Assembly: GCF_004010195.1 (NCBI RefSeq)
Contig: NC_057719.1
Coordinates: 36,366,585 to 36,430,584 of the forward strand
Direction: 5' to 3'
Origin: Chiloscyllium plagiosum
Taxonomy: Eukaryota
Length of the DNA: 64,000 bases
Shown: piece by piece, positions 12,400-26,139 of the stretch
Layout of the letters: each line of letters opens with the position of its first letter
Numbering within the stretch: the stretch's first letter is position 1
The notes under the pieces: model-generated
Database searches by the model: none
What the model was told of the DNA's origin: nothing
Seen by the model: only the letters and a program-made list of their open reading frames with translations
Program-made: the position numbers and the translations under genes

Positions 12400-14270
12400 T
12401 ACAGTCTACCTCAGCCATGCCAACCACATTTTCCCAAAGCTAAACTAGTCTCACTTTCCTGCATTTGGCCAATATCCCTCTAAACCTTTCCTACCCATGT
12501 AACGGTACAAAGTTTTTCAAATGTTGTAACTACCACTTCCTCTAGCAGTTCATTCCACATATGAACCACCCTCTGTGTGAAAATGTTATTCCTTTTAAAT
12601 CTTTCTCGCCTCACTTTAAAAATATGCCTTCTAGTTTTGTACTCCTCTACCCTAGGGAAAAGACCTTTGCTATTCACCTTATCCTGCCCCTCATGACTTT
12701 ATAGACCTCTTTAAGGTTACCCCTTACATGCTCCAGCCTCTCCCAAAAACCTAAGCCCTCCAGTCCTGGCAACATCCTCCCTTGTAAATCTTTTCTGAAC
12801 ACTCTCCTATTTAGTAATATCCTTCCTATACCAGAGCAACCAGAACAGCATACAATACTCCAAAGCGGCTTCAACAACATCCTGTACAACCTCTACATGA
12901 CATCCCAACTCCTAAACTCAATGGTCTGAGCAATGAAGGTAAGTGTGCTAACTGCCTTCTTAACCACCCTGATCACGTGGAATGCAGCTTTCAAAAAACT
13001 ATGTACCTGAACCCCAAGAGTTCGACAACACTAACCAGAGCCCAACTATTAACTGTATAAGTCCTGCTCTTGTTCACTTTTCCAAAATGCAACATCTTGC
13101 ATTTATCCAAATTAAACTCCATCTGCCACTCCTCACCCATTGGCCCAATTGATCAAGATCCTTTTGAAATCTTAGATAATCTTCTTCACTGTCAATTATA
13201 CCACAATTGCAGTGTCATCTACAAACTAACTAACCATGTCTTCGAAGTTCTCATCTAAATTGTGTATATAAATGACAAGCAAAAGTGGACCCAGCACCAA
13301 TCCCTGCAGAACACCACTGGTCGCAGGCCTCCAGTCCAAAATCCAACCCTCCACCACCACCCTCTGTCTCCTATCGTCAAGCCAATTTTGTATCAAATTG
13401 ACAAGCTCTCCTTGAATCCCACGTGATGTAACTTTCCTAACCTGTCTACCATGCAAAACCTTGTCAAAGGTTTTACTAAAGTCCATGTAGACAACATCTA
13501 CTGCTTTTCTCAATCTTTTTTGTTATGTCTTCAAAAAGCTCAATCACGTTTGAGAGACACGATTTCCCATACTCAAAGCCACGCTGACTATCCCTAATCA
13601 GTCCTTGCCTTTCCAAATGTACTTAATTCCTACCTTTCAGAATCCCTTCCAACAACTTAGCCACTATTAATGTCAGACACAGTCTATTGTTCCCAGGCTT
13701 CTCCTTACAGCCTTTCTTAGATAAAGACACAACATTAGCCACTCTCCAGTCCTCTGGCACCTCACCCATGACTGTTGACAATACAAATATCTCTGCTAGG
13801 GGCTCCAGCAATTTCTTCCTTAGCTTCCCACAATATCCTGGGATTCACCTTAGCAGCACTCAGATTTATCTACATTAGATTCCCTACAGTGTGAAACAGG
13901 TCCTTCAGCGTAACAAGTCCACACCTGCCTTCTGAAGAGTAACCCACCCAGACCCATTCCCCTACCCTATATTTACCCCTGACTAATGCACCTACCACTA
14001 TGGACAGTTTAGCATGGCCAATTCACCTGACCTGCACATCTTTGGATTGTGGGAGGAAACTGGAGCACCCGGAGGAAACCCAAACAGACACGGGGAGACT
14101 GTCTGTGTGGAGTTTGCACAGTCGCCAAGGAATCAAACCAGAGTCCCTGGTACTGTGAGGCAGCAGTGCTAACCACTGAGCCACCGTGCCGCCCCAATCT
14201 ACTTTTATGCTTTAAGACCTCCAACACCTCCCTTTCTGTAATGTGGACTGTTCAAGACATCAATATTTAT
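12400..14270 (-). mobile_element. CR1 LINE ORF2 RT region, interrupted by an HE1 SINE
   Basis: ORFs with DVVYMDFSKTFDKV, SGVLQGLVLGPLL and VPEDWRVANVV. The LINE resumes after 14195. Confidence 0.9.
13875..14195 (-). mobile_element. HE1-type tRNA-derived SINE
   Basis: Reverse complement begins GGGGCGGCACGGTGGCTCAGTGGTTAGCACTGCTGCCTCACAG, with a B-box, V-domain-like core and CR1-like tail. Confidence 0.9.
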
Positions 14271-14894
14271 ATACTGTGTACCAACATCATGAAGGTATCT
14301 CTCACCTGAGGGAACTAGTACCTAAAGTACCAGTGATTTGAAATTAAAAAGTGGCGTCAACTCAGTTTGAACACATTCCTCAAGATTTGATTTCTGCCTC
14401 CAATTGCTACAGTCAGACAAAAAAACATTTTTCTTACCATTTCAAATATATTGTTAAGAAATCAAAGTGTTTCCAGAAAATTAATTAAAGACACGCATAC
14501 AATTAATTTAAACTCTTTATGCTTGCATTTGAGTGGTCACAACAACATTTAGGAAATCATTCCACGGATCCTTTAGAATCCAGGGCAGTGCTGGAGTATT
14601 GGCAAGCTCAAAATTAGAATTTGCTAAAAATGATTCATAGCCACTTACTTTTAACAGTTTCATACTGTTTCTGAAAATACTGCAGTTTCATTTAGTGAAT
14701 AGATCGGACAGATTCCAGATTGGCCTTTACATAGGCTTATCCATTATGTCCAGTCCTAAAATTTCATAAATAAATGACATTATATTTTGCTTTGGTCACT
14801 GAAGTATATTATTTTTAGTATAATTCTTAAGATGTATTTCTCCCAATTTCCTGTCAAGAGGTATGGCAAAATTGGTCTTTATCAAATGTGTTTT

Positions 14895-15008
14895 TTAACA
14901 CATGGATAGCAGTGAGTTGAGGGGTGCGTAGGTTGTTACTATATTTTATATTACGATTAAATCTCGGCACAACATTATGGGCCAAAGGGCCTGTTCTATG
15001 TTCTATGT
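14895..15008 (+). mobile_element. CR1 3' tail fragment
   Basis: ggcacaacattatgggccaaagggcctgttctatgttctatgt. Confidence 0.75.
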
Positions 15009-15899
15009 TATAATACCAATATAAAACTTCATGCTCTATTTTGCAATAAAATAGGTCATGAAATTTATCTCATTAAAATTACCTCTCATTTACAGACAGA
15101 ATAATTTAAAGACATTGTAAATTATTGATTTGTATCAACTATGATAATTAAGTTTTCAGAGAACCTATTTATTTTTTATTAAAATTTATATTCTCACACC
15201 ATTTCTATAAACTCTACCGTGTATACATTTCTACATGCAAACAAGCGCAGAATGAACTTTACCAATACAGAAGCCATGCTGATAGACTAACGGTTCAGAA
15301 ACTAATTTTCCTCAAGGAATGATCAACAATTTGGAGTACCACTGATCTCTACTTCACTCACAAGTTTCAATGTAAATTAAGTTTCAGTTGAAGTAGCTCA
15401 GATTCGTTTGACCCCTGGGAAAATTAAAGCCATGATTTCCATGTGTGCGGGAAGCTGAGCTTGCCAGGATCAGCTAGATTAGTTCATTTGTGTTCCTTGA
15501 ACATCTTACAACAACAAATGGAGGAGTATAACTGAAAGCAGGAAGAGAATAAAGATGACAGTGATTCTTGAAAATGTACTATTTGCTACATGTACCTGAT
15601 GCTACTAAATGTCCAATGTGTAAGAACACAAGTCACTGACTGTTATATATGCTGCTAAAATACTCACCAGCAACAAATAGTTGGAGGAAAGTACTGCTTC
15701 TTTTCCCCACTGTGTCTAGAGAATGTTTTGATTAATAGTGGTAGGGGCAAACCCCCAATGAGTCTTAACAAGAGGTATTTGTCTTAATGAGATATAGTTT
15801 ATTGCATGAACACACAAACATATGAAGACATAAGCATGGAGCAAGAGAAGACCATTCAGGCACTTGTTATGGCTTACTGGGATAGCACACTGTAACTCA

Positions 15900-17040
15900 A
15901 GGGCTATTATTACCAGAGTCATCCCAGCACCCGAAGTTCCTCTAATTATCTGTCTTCTAGACCTAGGTTGACAGAAAACATGGACCAGGTTTCTGAACTC
16001 AACAAAAGTACTACAATTTATTATGAAATGATTAGACTCAAGTTTCAGGTAAATAGCTAGATACTGTTGACTTTTTTAAAATATAGAATTGTTACACTGT
16101 GGAAACAGGTCATTTGGCCAATCAAGTCCACACTTACCCACCAAAGAGCACCCCACCCCATCCCTGTAACCCTGCATCTCCCATGCCCAGCCTACCTTGA
16201 TGGCACATCCTTGGACACTATGAGAAATTTAGCACAGCCAATCCACATATTTTGCACATCTTTGGACAGTGGGAGGACATCAGAACACCCAGAGGAGAAT
16301 GTGGAAACTCCACACAGTCACCCAAGGGAGGAATTGAATCCAGGTCCTTAGCACTTTGAGACAGCAGTGCTAACCACTGAGCCACTGGGCTGCCCCAATT
16401 TCTAAGAATTAAAACTCTAACCCCCTTACAAAACTCCCCCCTTATATGCACAAGCACAGACACATAGGACAAGAAAGAAAATGTGTTATGGACAGAGGGA
16501 AATGTTTGAAAAACAGTTCAGTGGTTCCTATTTACAGAAAAAAAAGTGTTCCTTATGATTCTTGAGCTGGTCAGAATGCTATTCCTCAGTTATCCTTCTC
16601 CAGATATCTCCGCTCATTTACGAGAGGCACAGGTTCACTTAGAAAAAGATCTCTGATTTATCTGTTAAAAATTACAGTTTGCAGCAACTGTTGAAGGAAA
16701 GGAAAACTGCTTTTCTTCAGGTTAAAAGTTGCTTACTGCAGAGAATAGAGAGTGCTCCTGGTTGGTTGGTTGGACCCACTGGCTTCTATGTATTTTGTTC
16801 CCAGCCCCAAGTTGTTCGGTTACCTGAGAAGCAGTCACATTGTTGTGGACAGGCAGAAGGTCTTTATCATCAATAACTAGTTACAATTCCACAAACCAAT
16901 CAGCTTCTTATTGCCAATGAAAATTCCATCTGTACGTAACCCATAGCTGTATAGCAGTGTGCGCATGAGTATCAAATTATTTTCAAATGATCTTTAGTTT
17001 TTAAAAGAGTTCTTTCTCATTTCAACCCACAATTAAAAAA
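15900..17040. mobile_element. Probable solo LTR-like repeat, interrupted by a SINE
   Basis: 15965-16028 is similar to 49297-49357 (aggttgacagaaaacatggaccaggtttctg / aggctgataaaaagcatggactagatttctg). The class assignment is inference. Confidence 0.35.
16084..16396 (-). mobile_element. HE1-type SINE (older copy)
   Basis: cagcagtgctaaccactgagccac head and ggaaacaggtc tail. Confidence 0.85.
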
Positions 17041-17451
17041 CACAAAAATGATATGGCCTTTGCACCCTCAAGCCCACTCCACCATTCAATTAGATTATGA
17101 CTGATCTGATTACAACCTCAAATCTGCATTTTGCCTCATCCTGAGAACCTTTCACCCCCTTGCTTCAAAACAATCTATTTGCTTCTGTTTTAAAAGTATT
17201 CAAAGACTGTGCTTCTAACACCTTTTCTGGAAGAGATATGAAGACTCACAACCTTCAGAGAAACAATTTCACTGGATCTCCATTTTAAATGGATGAGCCC
17301 TGATTTTGAAACAGTGACATCCTAGTTCTCAATTTTCCCATAAAATGGTAACATCTTTTCTACCCTCAGGATCCTCAAGATCGAGTATGTTTCAACCAAC
17401 TGACTTTTCTAAATTCCAGCAAATACAAGCCTAATCTGTTTAGCCTTTCCT

Positions 17452-18640
17452 AGAGTCATAGAGGTCTACAGGATGGAAGCAGGCCCTTTGGCCCAACGTG
17501 ACCATGCTGCCCAGTTTTTACAATTAAACTAGTCCCATTTACCTACATTTGGGCAATATCCCTCTGTACCTATCCAAATGTTTTCTAAATGATGAAATTG
17601 TACTCACTTTCACCACTATCTCTGGCAGCTCATTCCATACTCTCACCACCCTGTGAAAAATTGCCCCTCTGGACCCTTTTGTACCTCTCCCTTCGCACCT
17701 TAAACTATACCCTCTAGTTTTAAACTCCTCTATCATGAGGAAAAACTGCTGGCTATCTATCTTAGCTATGCCTCTCATGGTTTTATAGACCTCTGTAAGG
17801 CCACCCTCAGTCTCCTATGCTTCATGGAAAAAGACCACAGCCTATCCAATCTCTACTCAAACCCTCCAGTCTAAGTAACATCCTAGTAAAACTCCTTCTG
17901 GTTTAATAGTATCCTTTCTGTAGTAGGGTGACCAGCACTGCAGGTAGTACTCGATTCTCCTGCTCCTCGGATGCTGCCTGGCCTGCTGTGTTTTTCCAGC
18001 ATCACATTTTTCAACTCAGGTCTCCAGCATCTGCAGTCCTCACTTTCTCCAAATGTGGCCTTACTAACGTCTTGTACAGCTGCAACATGACATCCCAACT
18101 CCTATAACGCAGTGCTGAGACCAATGAAAGCAAACATACAGAAAGTCTTCTTCACCACCCTGTGACTCCAATTTCAAAGAGCCATAAACCTGTGTACCTA
18201 TATCTTTGTTCTATAACAGTCCCCAGAGCCCTATCATCGACAGTGTAAGCCCTGCCCAGGTTTGACCCACTAAATGGCAACACCTTGCGATTATCTAAAT
18301 TAAACTCCATCTGCCATTCCTAAGCCCACTGACCCAGTTGATGAAGATCTCGCTGCATTCTCAGATAACCTTCTTCACTGTCCACTATATTACCAAGTTT
18401 GGCTTCATAAACAAACTTACTAACCATACCTCCTAAATGCACATCCAAATCATTTATATAAATGATGAAAAGGAGTGTACTCAGCACCAATCCTTTTGGC
18501 ACCACTGGTCACAGGCCTCCAGTCTGAAAAGCAACCCTCTACCATTGCCCTGCATTTTCTATCAGCAAGCCAATTTTGTATCCAATGAGCTAGTTCTCCC
18601 TGGATCCCATGAGATTTAAGCTCACTCAACAACCTACCCT
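17452..18640 (-). mobile_element. Intermediate-age CR1 3' fragment
   Basis: Tail agagtcatagagg at 17452; ORFs 17539-17778, 18320-18505 and 18450-18689 carry RT motifs. Confidence 0.9.
17953..18049 (+). mobile_element. Solo PLE family B pLTR fragment
   Basis: gattctcctgctcctcggatgctgcc...cactttctc splits the host CR1 motif tactc/caaatgtggcc. Confidence 0.85.
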
Positions 18641-19899
18641 TCCTACAATGTATCCCATTATCTACAGTATGTGTTGCCTCTACAAACATTCCTCAAAACA
18701 ATCTACTCATCCCAACTGTTCATCTGGTAAACCTTCTCTGAACTGCCGCCAAACCACAGATATCTGAAATTAAATAAGGTGACCAGCACTCTGCACAGTT
18801 CTCCAGATGAAGTGTCACAATACCCAATATAACTGAAACACAACTTTCCTACTTTTGCATTCAATTCCCCTCAAAATAAATATCATTCCATTAGCTTTCC
18901 TACTTACATGCTGTACACACATGTTTAATGACTCATATATGATGACCCCCAGATTACATCTCAGAGCTTTGCAATCTATACCAATTAGAAAAATGGTTTG
19001 TTTTTTATTCTTACTGCCAATATGGACCTTTTTACATTTTTTCCCATTGTACTCCATTTTATACATCTTTACCCACTCAGTTAACCTATGTATGTATTTT
19101 CGTTTCTACTCCTTATGCTCTTCACAACTTACATTCCTATCTATTTCTGTGTCATCAACAAACTTGGGAATTATTTCTTCTGCCCCTTCATCTAAGTCAA
19201 GGACCAAGCACTGATCCCTGTGGTACACCACTTATTACATTTTGCAAATCAGAAAATGACCCATTTACATCTACTCTCTGTTTCCTGTTAGTCAGGTAAT
19301 CTTCCAAGCATGCCAATATGCTATCCACAACACCATGAGCTTCTAGTTTATATAATAACCTTTGAGATGGCACTTTATCAAATGCCCTCTGCACATCTAA
19401 ATACAGTGTATCCCATTATCCATAGTATGTGATGCCTCTACAAAGAACTCCAATACATAAGTCAAACATGATTTCTCCTTTACAACATTTTGTTAACTCT
19501 GCCTGATTACATTGAACTTATCTCAGTGTCCTGCTGTGACTTCTTTAATAAAAACTTCTAACATTATCCTTACAACAGGTGTCAAGCTAACTGGCTTGTA
19601 GTTTCCTGCATTCTGTCTTCCTTTTTGAATAAAAGGCGAACATTTGCTATCTGCCAATCTAATGGGACTGTGACCCAAATAAAAGCAGCTTGAGAAAATT
19701 GAAATCAATTCATCAACTATCTCACTAGCCACATCTTTTGAGACCCAGGGAGCACTCCATCAAGAAAGTAGTGATTTTTCTGGTGACTGGGATTCTGATT
19801 TTCTCACTGCCTTTTATTTCATGTTTTATTGCTGTGTCTGTGATGTTAGTTATATCCTCTGAAGTGAAGACCAGTGCAAAATACTCGTTCAATTTATTT

Positions 19900-20119
19900 A
19901 CCATTTGGTTCTGATATAATGTGATAGTTCCATTCTCATGCGATCTCGTGTTATAAGAAAATCACCCAATAGCTGCATCATTTAAACTAATGGGGCCAGA
20001 ATCACATTCTAGCCAATACAGGTAAGGAAAGTTTGTGTTCTACAAATAATGGCCTAAATTCTTCACAGTAAAGCCAATCGTGTTGAAGAAACATCTATTT
20101 ATAGCAGAACTGGCTGTAC
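19900..20119. mobile_element. Tc1/mariner (Tigger/pogo-like) MITE
   Basis: Imperfect terminal inverted repeats ggttctgatataa ... ttatagcagaactggctg with flanking TA; inserted into the old CR1. Confidence 0.6.
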
Positions 20120-20509
20120 TTATTTTCTATTACTATTTCTCCAGTTTCACTTTCTACAGGACAAATGCTCACTTCACAAATTCCTTACAAACCATCTCTA
20201 TTTCTGGCTAGCATTTCCTCATACTCTAATTTTCCTCCTTATTAATTTTTTTCAATCACTACTTTCTTAAAAAAAGCTGTCCAATCTGCTTATTTCTTAC
20301 CTATTTATATATTTTTGAAAATTTGATATTATCTTTAATATTTGTAGTTAACCATGGATGGTGGGTCCATCTCTTGGAACTTTTCTGCCTTGTTGAAATG
20401 AATCTTTTCTACATATTCTAAAGTATACCCTCACATATCTGCTACCGCATCTCTACTGGCCTATCCTTTTATTTATTTATCAATTCATTTTAGCCAGCTC
20501 TGCTTTCGG

Positions 20510-22170
20510 AGAATCACAGAAAGGTACAGCATGGAAACAGACCCTTCGGTCCAACCCATCCATGCTGACCAGATATCCCAACCCAATCTAGTCCCACCTG
20601 CCAGCACCCGGCCCATATCCCTCCAAACCCTTCCTATTCACATACCCATCCAAATGCCTCTTAAATGTTGCAATTTTACCAGCCTCCACCACTTCCTCTG
20701 GCAGCTCATTCCATACACGTACCACCCTCTGCATGAAAAGGTTGACCCTTTATATCTTTACTCTCTCACCCTAAACCTATGCCCTCTAGTTCTGGACTCC
20801 CCAACCCCAGGGAAAAGACTTTGCCTATTTACCCTATCCATGCCCCTCATGATTTTATAAACATCTATAAGGTCACCCCTCAGCCTCCAATGCTCCAGAG
20901 AAAATAGCCCCAGCCTGTTCAGCCTCTCCCTATAGCTCAGATCCTCCAACCTTGGCAACATCCTTGTAAATCTTTTCTGAACCCTTTCAAGTTTCACAAC
21001 ATCTTTCCGATAGGAAGGAGACCAGAACTGCAAGCAATATTCCAATAGCGGCCTAACCAATGTCCTGTACAGCCGCAACATGACGTCCCAACTTCTGTAC
21101 TTAATACTCTTACCAATAAAGGAAAGCATACCAAATGCCTTCTTCATTATCCTACCTACCTGCAACTCCACTTTCAAGCAGCTATGAACCTGCACTCCAA
21201 GGTCTCTTTGTTCAGCAACACACCCTAGGACCTTACCATTAAGTGTATAAATCCTGCTAAGATTTGCTTTCCCAAAATGTAGCACCTCGCATTCATCTGA
21301 ATTAAACTCCATCTGCCACTTCTCAGCCCACTGGCCCACCTGATCCTGTGTAATCTGAGGTAACCTTCTTCGCTGTCCACTACACCTCCAATTTTGGTGT
21401 CATTTGCAAACTTACTAACTGTACCTCTTATGCTCACATCCAAATGACAAAAAGTAATGGACCCAGCACTGACCCTTGTGGCACTCCACTGGTCACAGGC
21501 CTCCAGTCTGAAAAACAACCCTCCACCACCACCCTCTGTCTTTTATCTTTGAGCCAGTTCTGTATCCAAATGGCTAGTTCTCCTTGTATCCCATGAAATC
21601 TAACCAGTCTCCCATAGAGAACCTTGTCGAATGCCTTACTGAAGTCCATAGAGATCACATCTACTACTCTGCCCTCATCAATCCTCTTTGTTACCTCTTC
21701 AAAAAAACTCAATCAAGTTTGTGAGACATGATTTCCCACGCACAAAGCCATGTTGACTATCCCTAAATCAGTCCTTGCCTCTCCAAATACATGTACATTC
21801 CGTCCCTCAGGATTCCCTCCAACAAGTTGCCCCCCACTGACATCAGGCTCAGTGGTCTATAGTTCCCTGGCTTGTCTTTACCGCCCTTCTTAAACAGTGG
21901 CACCACATTAGCCAATGTCCAGTCTTTCCGCACCTCACCTGTGACTATCAATGATACAAATATCTCAGCAAGAGGCCCAGCAATCACCTCCCTAGCTTCC
22001 CACAGAGTTCTAGGGTACACCTGATCAGATCCTGGGGATTTATCCACCTTTATGCATTTCAAGGCACCCAGCACTTCCTCCTCTGTAATATGGACATTTT
22101 TCAAGATGTCACCATTTACTTCCCTACATTCTGTATCTTCCATGTCCTTTTCCACAGTAAATACTGATGC
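20510..22170 (-). mobile_element. Young HER1/CR1 LINE, 5'-truncated
   Basis: ORFs 21763-22155, 21434-21712 and 20758-21339 ([45 protein letters not shown]) plus the 3' tail. Confidence 0.95.
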
Positions 22171-23949
22171 TTTGAATTAAACTTTAAACTCTACCTCCCT
22201 CAAACTGAATGTAAATTTCAAATACAGTATGGCCAATGCTACATAGGAGTTCCATCACAGTTAGATCATTAATTAATCCTGTTCATTGTATAATACTAGG
22301 TCTGTTCTCTGGTTTGCTCCAGAACATGCTGTTCTAAGAAATTATCCTGAAAACATTCTATGATCTCTTCATCTTGATAATCTTTGCACACTTGACTTTT
22401 CCAGTTGACATTTAGACTAAATTGTCTCACTTTTATTGTTGTGCTGCTTTAACAGGATCTTGTTATTTTTTTCCTTTATGCTCAACCCTCAGTCACTGTT
22501 CAGTAGCCTGTACACCACTTCCATCAGTAACTTCTTGCATTTATCATCACCATCCAAACTGTCTGAACATCCCGGCTTCCTGAACGTAGGTCAACCCAGG
22601 TATTGTGCTAAAAACGTTAGTGCCTAATAAAGTTTCCTAAGTAAATTTTTTTATTTTCCTGTCCTTCCTAAATGCCCAGCACCATTCAATATTCAGATCT
22701 CAATCCACATCATCCTGCAGTCACGTCTCTGTAATGTTTAAAGTTACTTATATTGTACTTCATTTACAATAAAATTAAATACATTGAACTTATTTACTTC
22801 AATTTACAATCTCAGATCATCTGTTTTGTTTCAAGCACTACACACATTCAGATACAAAGCCTTTAGCTATATCCTTTTTCCAAATGGCAGTCTTACCTGT
22901 TCATTTACTTTAGATTGATATTCTCTATCTCTTACTAGCACAATCTATTATTTACTGTTTTAAAAAGGTTCTCTTTGGCCTTGACTCTACTCTAGTACAC
23001 TGCATCTTTCCAAATTTCCTCTTGAATGGCTTTCTGTACCATGGTGCCATGGTTGGCTAAGTCATCCATCTTGTAGCCCTCAGCCTCAGCTGAAAGAATC
23101 TTAAACCTGTTTGGACAACTGCAAATGATAAGGCACCATCTTCTGCTCCCCTTACCTGTCTCACTCACAATCACACTTTCCAGTGCTCAAGCATTGACTG
23201 AATCAAACAAATCAGTCCTAAGAGGCGTGACCATCTCCTGGAATAAATAATCCATGTTTCTCCATCTGTGATGTGTCACAGTGTCTGTAATTCAGGACAT
23301 AAATACTACCTAAATTCAGACACATGCTCAAGATCAAACTGCTATCCAGGAAATCCCGCATTCTTCAATTGTGCCATATCACCTGACTTGCCATCCTTAA
23401 TGTGTTCTAATTAACTATTTAATTATTGTATCAACTATATGTTTGCTTATGTCTTCATGTATTTTATTAACCTTGCCATCAGTTGCTATATTACGTCAAA
23501 CCTTAGAAACTAGTAAACCTTAGTCATATACCAGATATTCACCAAATAACTAGCTTCTTCTTCTTCTTCTTGAACAGATTAAAAATCAATTCCTGGAAGC
23601 TGAAGAAGTTACAAAAGTAATAGAGCACCTTTTTCCTTTACCTCCTGCCTCCCTAATCACCCAATACAGCTCTAAATTGTAAATTGCATTCAAGTGCACT
23701 TGGTTAACTAGTTTTATATGCTTTTAGGACAAAAGGCCTAGTTTACCCATTTAATAAGGAATTGGTTTTAGTGGCTCCTTAGATACACCCAACCAATTTT
23801 CCACTGAAGGCTTTGTTGAAAACTTTGTTTATGTCTGCAAACTACAGAATTCAAACAGTATATTCCAGTTGAATGTAAACAATCAAATTTAGATTTGTAC
23901 AAAATAGAAATTTATACTTTCTGAGCCACCAACTGAAAGCATTCAGTCC

Positions 23950-26130
23950 TAGACAGGAATAGATACAAGTAATATTGATTCATTAGACATAATAACTAAG
24001 ACCATCAAGAAACAATGATGGCACATCTGCCACTATTGGGCTCTTGAGTACACTCCAGTTTCCCACCCAAGGATGTATGCCATCATCTGATTGGGTGAGG
24101 CATAATACAATCTCCACCATTAGCTCCTTCAGAAGCATTATCTTAAACAACATCTTTCCCAAGCTTTTCCTTTACCCTTAGTAACATTTGTATTTTCAGA
24201 CACGTAACTATAACTACCTTTAACATTATCCCTTACTCTCCAAATTTCTGACTTCACAAATTCATGCAGTCTGGAGACTTTACATTTTTTCCAGAATGCA
24301 ATCTCTTTAGACTTGGTTTATCTTGAAAGTGACTTGCTCGACTTTTAATCTGGGCATCCTTCAACAGAATACTGGCGAGACCATAACTTTGTTCCCTCTT
24401 CCTGTTTTTCTCAAATTTTCTTTACAAATGTTGACCTTAATTTGGTCTATGAATCATTTCTCTGCTAGATGACCTTTTAACCCCTGTATGTTTTTCACAG
24501 CAGATATAGTTCCTGCTAAACCTGGTGTTTACTCCATTACATTAGCCAGAGGATGTATAATTGCTTGCATTTTCTTCACAGAGGAATTCCTCTTTGTTAG
24601 CTCAGGCAGCTTCACCATAACTTCATCTGTGTGATCTTTAATCTCATGAATTTCCAGCATGAGAAAACGCTACTTGGGAGAACCAAATATTTTACTGCTT
24701 GCAATATCCTGGATTTCTGAGTCAAGTAATCTCTTGTTCACTGTTTCCTGAATCTGTGAATGTTGTTCTGACTTCAATGGAGTTTATCTTCTCAATCTGC
24801 TGCTACATCTGTGTTGAAGTATGTAAGCACTTTACTTCATATTTTTTGAGTAGATTGGGTGCTTTCATTCACCCTCAGTGGATAGCTTGCGGTGGATTAG
24901 ATGCAGTCACATCCATAGATATATTACTAGGGGATTTCTGTTTATTTAGCAAAATGTCAGTCACTGATACTAATTGCTGTTCTTTGCCAGGTGAAGATTG
25001 AAATGTGGTACTTGAACTTATGTGAACTCATTATCTGACATTGAAGTCAAACCTGCTCTATCAATTTGTTCACTGCACTGCTTAGCCCTGTGAACAACTT
25101 CATTTAAAGATCCCTCAATGAGGAAATGTACAGCTCATTTCCTTTTTCCACATCAGCATCTTCCCATAAACTTTCCTAATTTCCGGTATCTGAATTTTCC
25201 TCAGGAATGATAAGAATGGTTTAGAATTCTAACAATCCTGTGCACTTATAGATTTCACTATGAGTTCTGAGATCGTCAATTCACTTGAGAATTCAAGTGG
25301 CAACACAATGACTAGCACTAGTGCCTCACAGTGCCAGGGACCTGGATTCGATTCCAACCTCCGGTCACTCTCTTTGTGGAGTTTGCACATTCTCCCCGTG
25401 TCTGTGTGGGTTTCTTCTGGGTGCTCTGGATTCCTCCCACAGTCCAAAAATGGGCAGGTAAGGTGGATTGGTCATGGTAAATTGCTCATGGTGTTCAGGG
25501 ATATGCAGGTTAGGTGGATTAGCCGTGGTAAATGCAGAGTTACAGGGATAGAGTTAGGTACTGTGTCTGGATGGGATGCCCTTTGGAGGGTGAGTGTGGA
25601 CTCAATGGCTGAATGGCCTACTTCCACACTGTAGAGATTCTATGATTCTATGAACTCTGGCCATCCACAACTGCTTGTCCTTGGTACATACCTGGTAATG
25701 TATAAGTGTTCCTGGGTGTATTCTTACTAATCCATATTCCCAAAGGGAAGCAAAATATCTAGTCTTTGGTCAAAAACTAGCTAGCTGACCATGAGTTTGA
25801 AATCTGTCAATGCTTCATTTTATCGAAAGTGACTTGCTGGAAATTTAATCTGGTTATCCTTCAAAATAATACTGTCGAACCCATAATCTTGCTCACTTTT
25901 TTGTTTTTCCCAGATTTCCTCGAGCCTCTTTAATCTTGCTGGCCAGTCGTACTTCTTGACCACATGAAACAATTTTTAATTCCATGATTGGTAGCTTCAA
26001 TAGACTCTGTCTTACATCTAGGAAGTCCAGTTAAATCTTCTACCCTTGACCCCTGTGGCTTGACTGGTTGGTTGACAATTTGCTCCTAGTCCAGTTGTTT
26101 CCTTACAACTAATTAAATTCTTGTATTATA
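23950..26130 (-). pseudogene. Unidentified decayed coding-like tract with an internal repeat
   Basis: Hydrophilic S/E/K-rich minus-strand segments broken by stops and frameshifts; about 94-bp repeat at 24325-24418 and 25825-25917. Confidence 0.3.
25297..25652 (+). mobile_element. HE1-type SINE
   Basis: tagcactagtgcctcacagtgccagggacctggattcgattcc head, tgtggagtttgcacattctccccgtgtctg core, ctatgattctatga tail. Confidence 0.9.
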
Positions 26131-26139
26131 TCTCAGACA

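Larger units (their letters stand above)
17045..23450 (-). mobile_element. Old near full-length CR1 LINE hosting nested insertions
   Basis: Colinear remnants: 3' tail 17045-17450; RT 18690-19900 ([26 protein letters not shown]); linker 20120-20505; endonuclease region 22170-22750; ORF1-like start MASQVIWHN.RMRDFLD at about 23395. Confidence 0.65.

Noticed and set aside
13875..14195. tRNA-like A/B boxes as tRNA genes
   Set aside because: These are SINE heads followed by SINE core and LINE-like tail; no complete cloverleaf.
15668..15715. SH3-like fragment (GEKKQYF.SNY) on the minus strand
   Set aside because: Requires a frameshift within 16 codons, and no other SH3 parts are adjacent.
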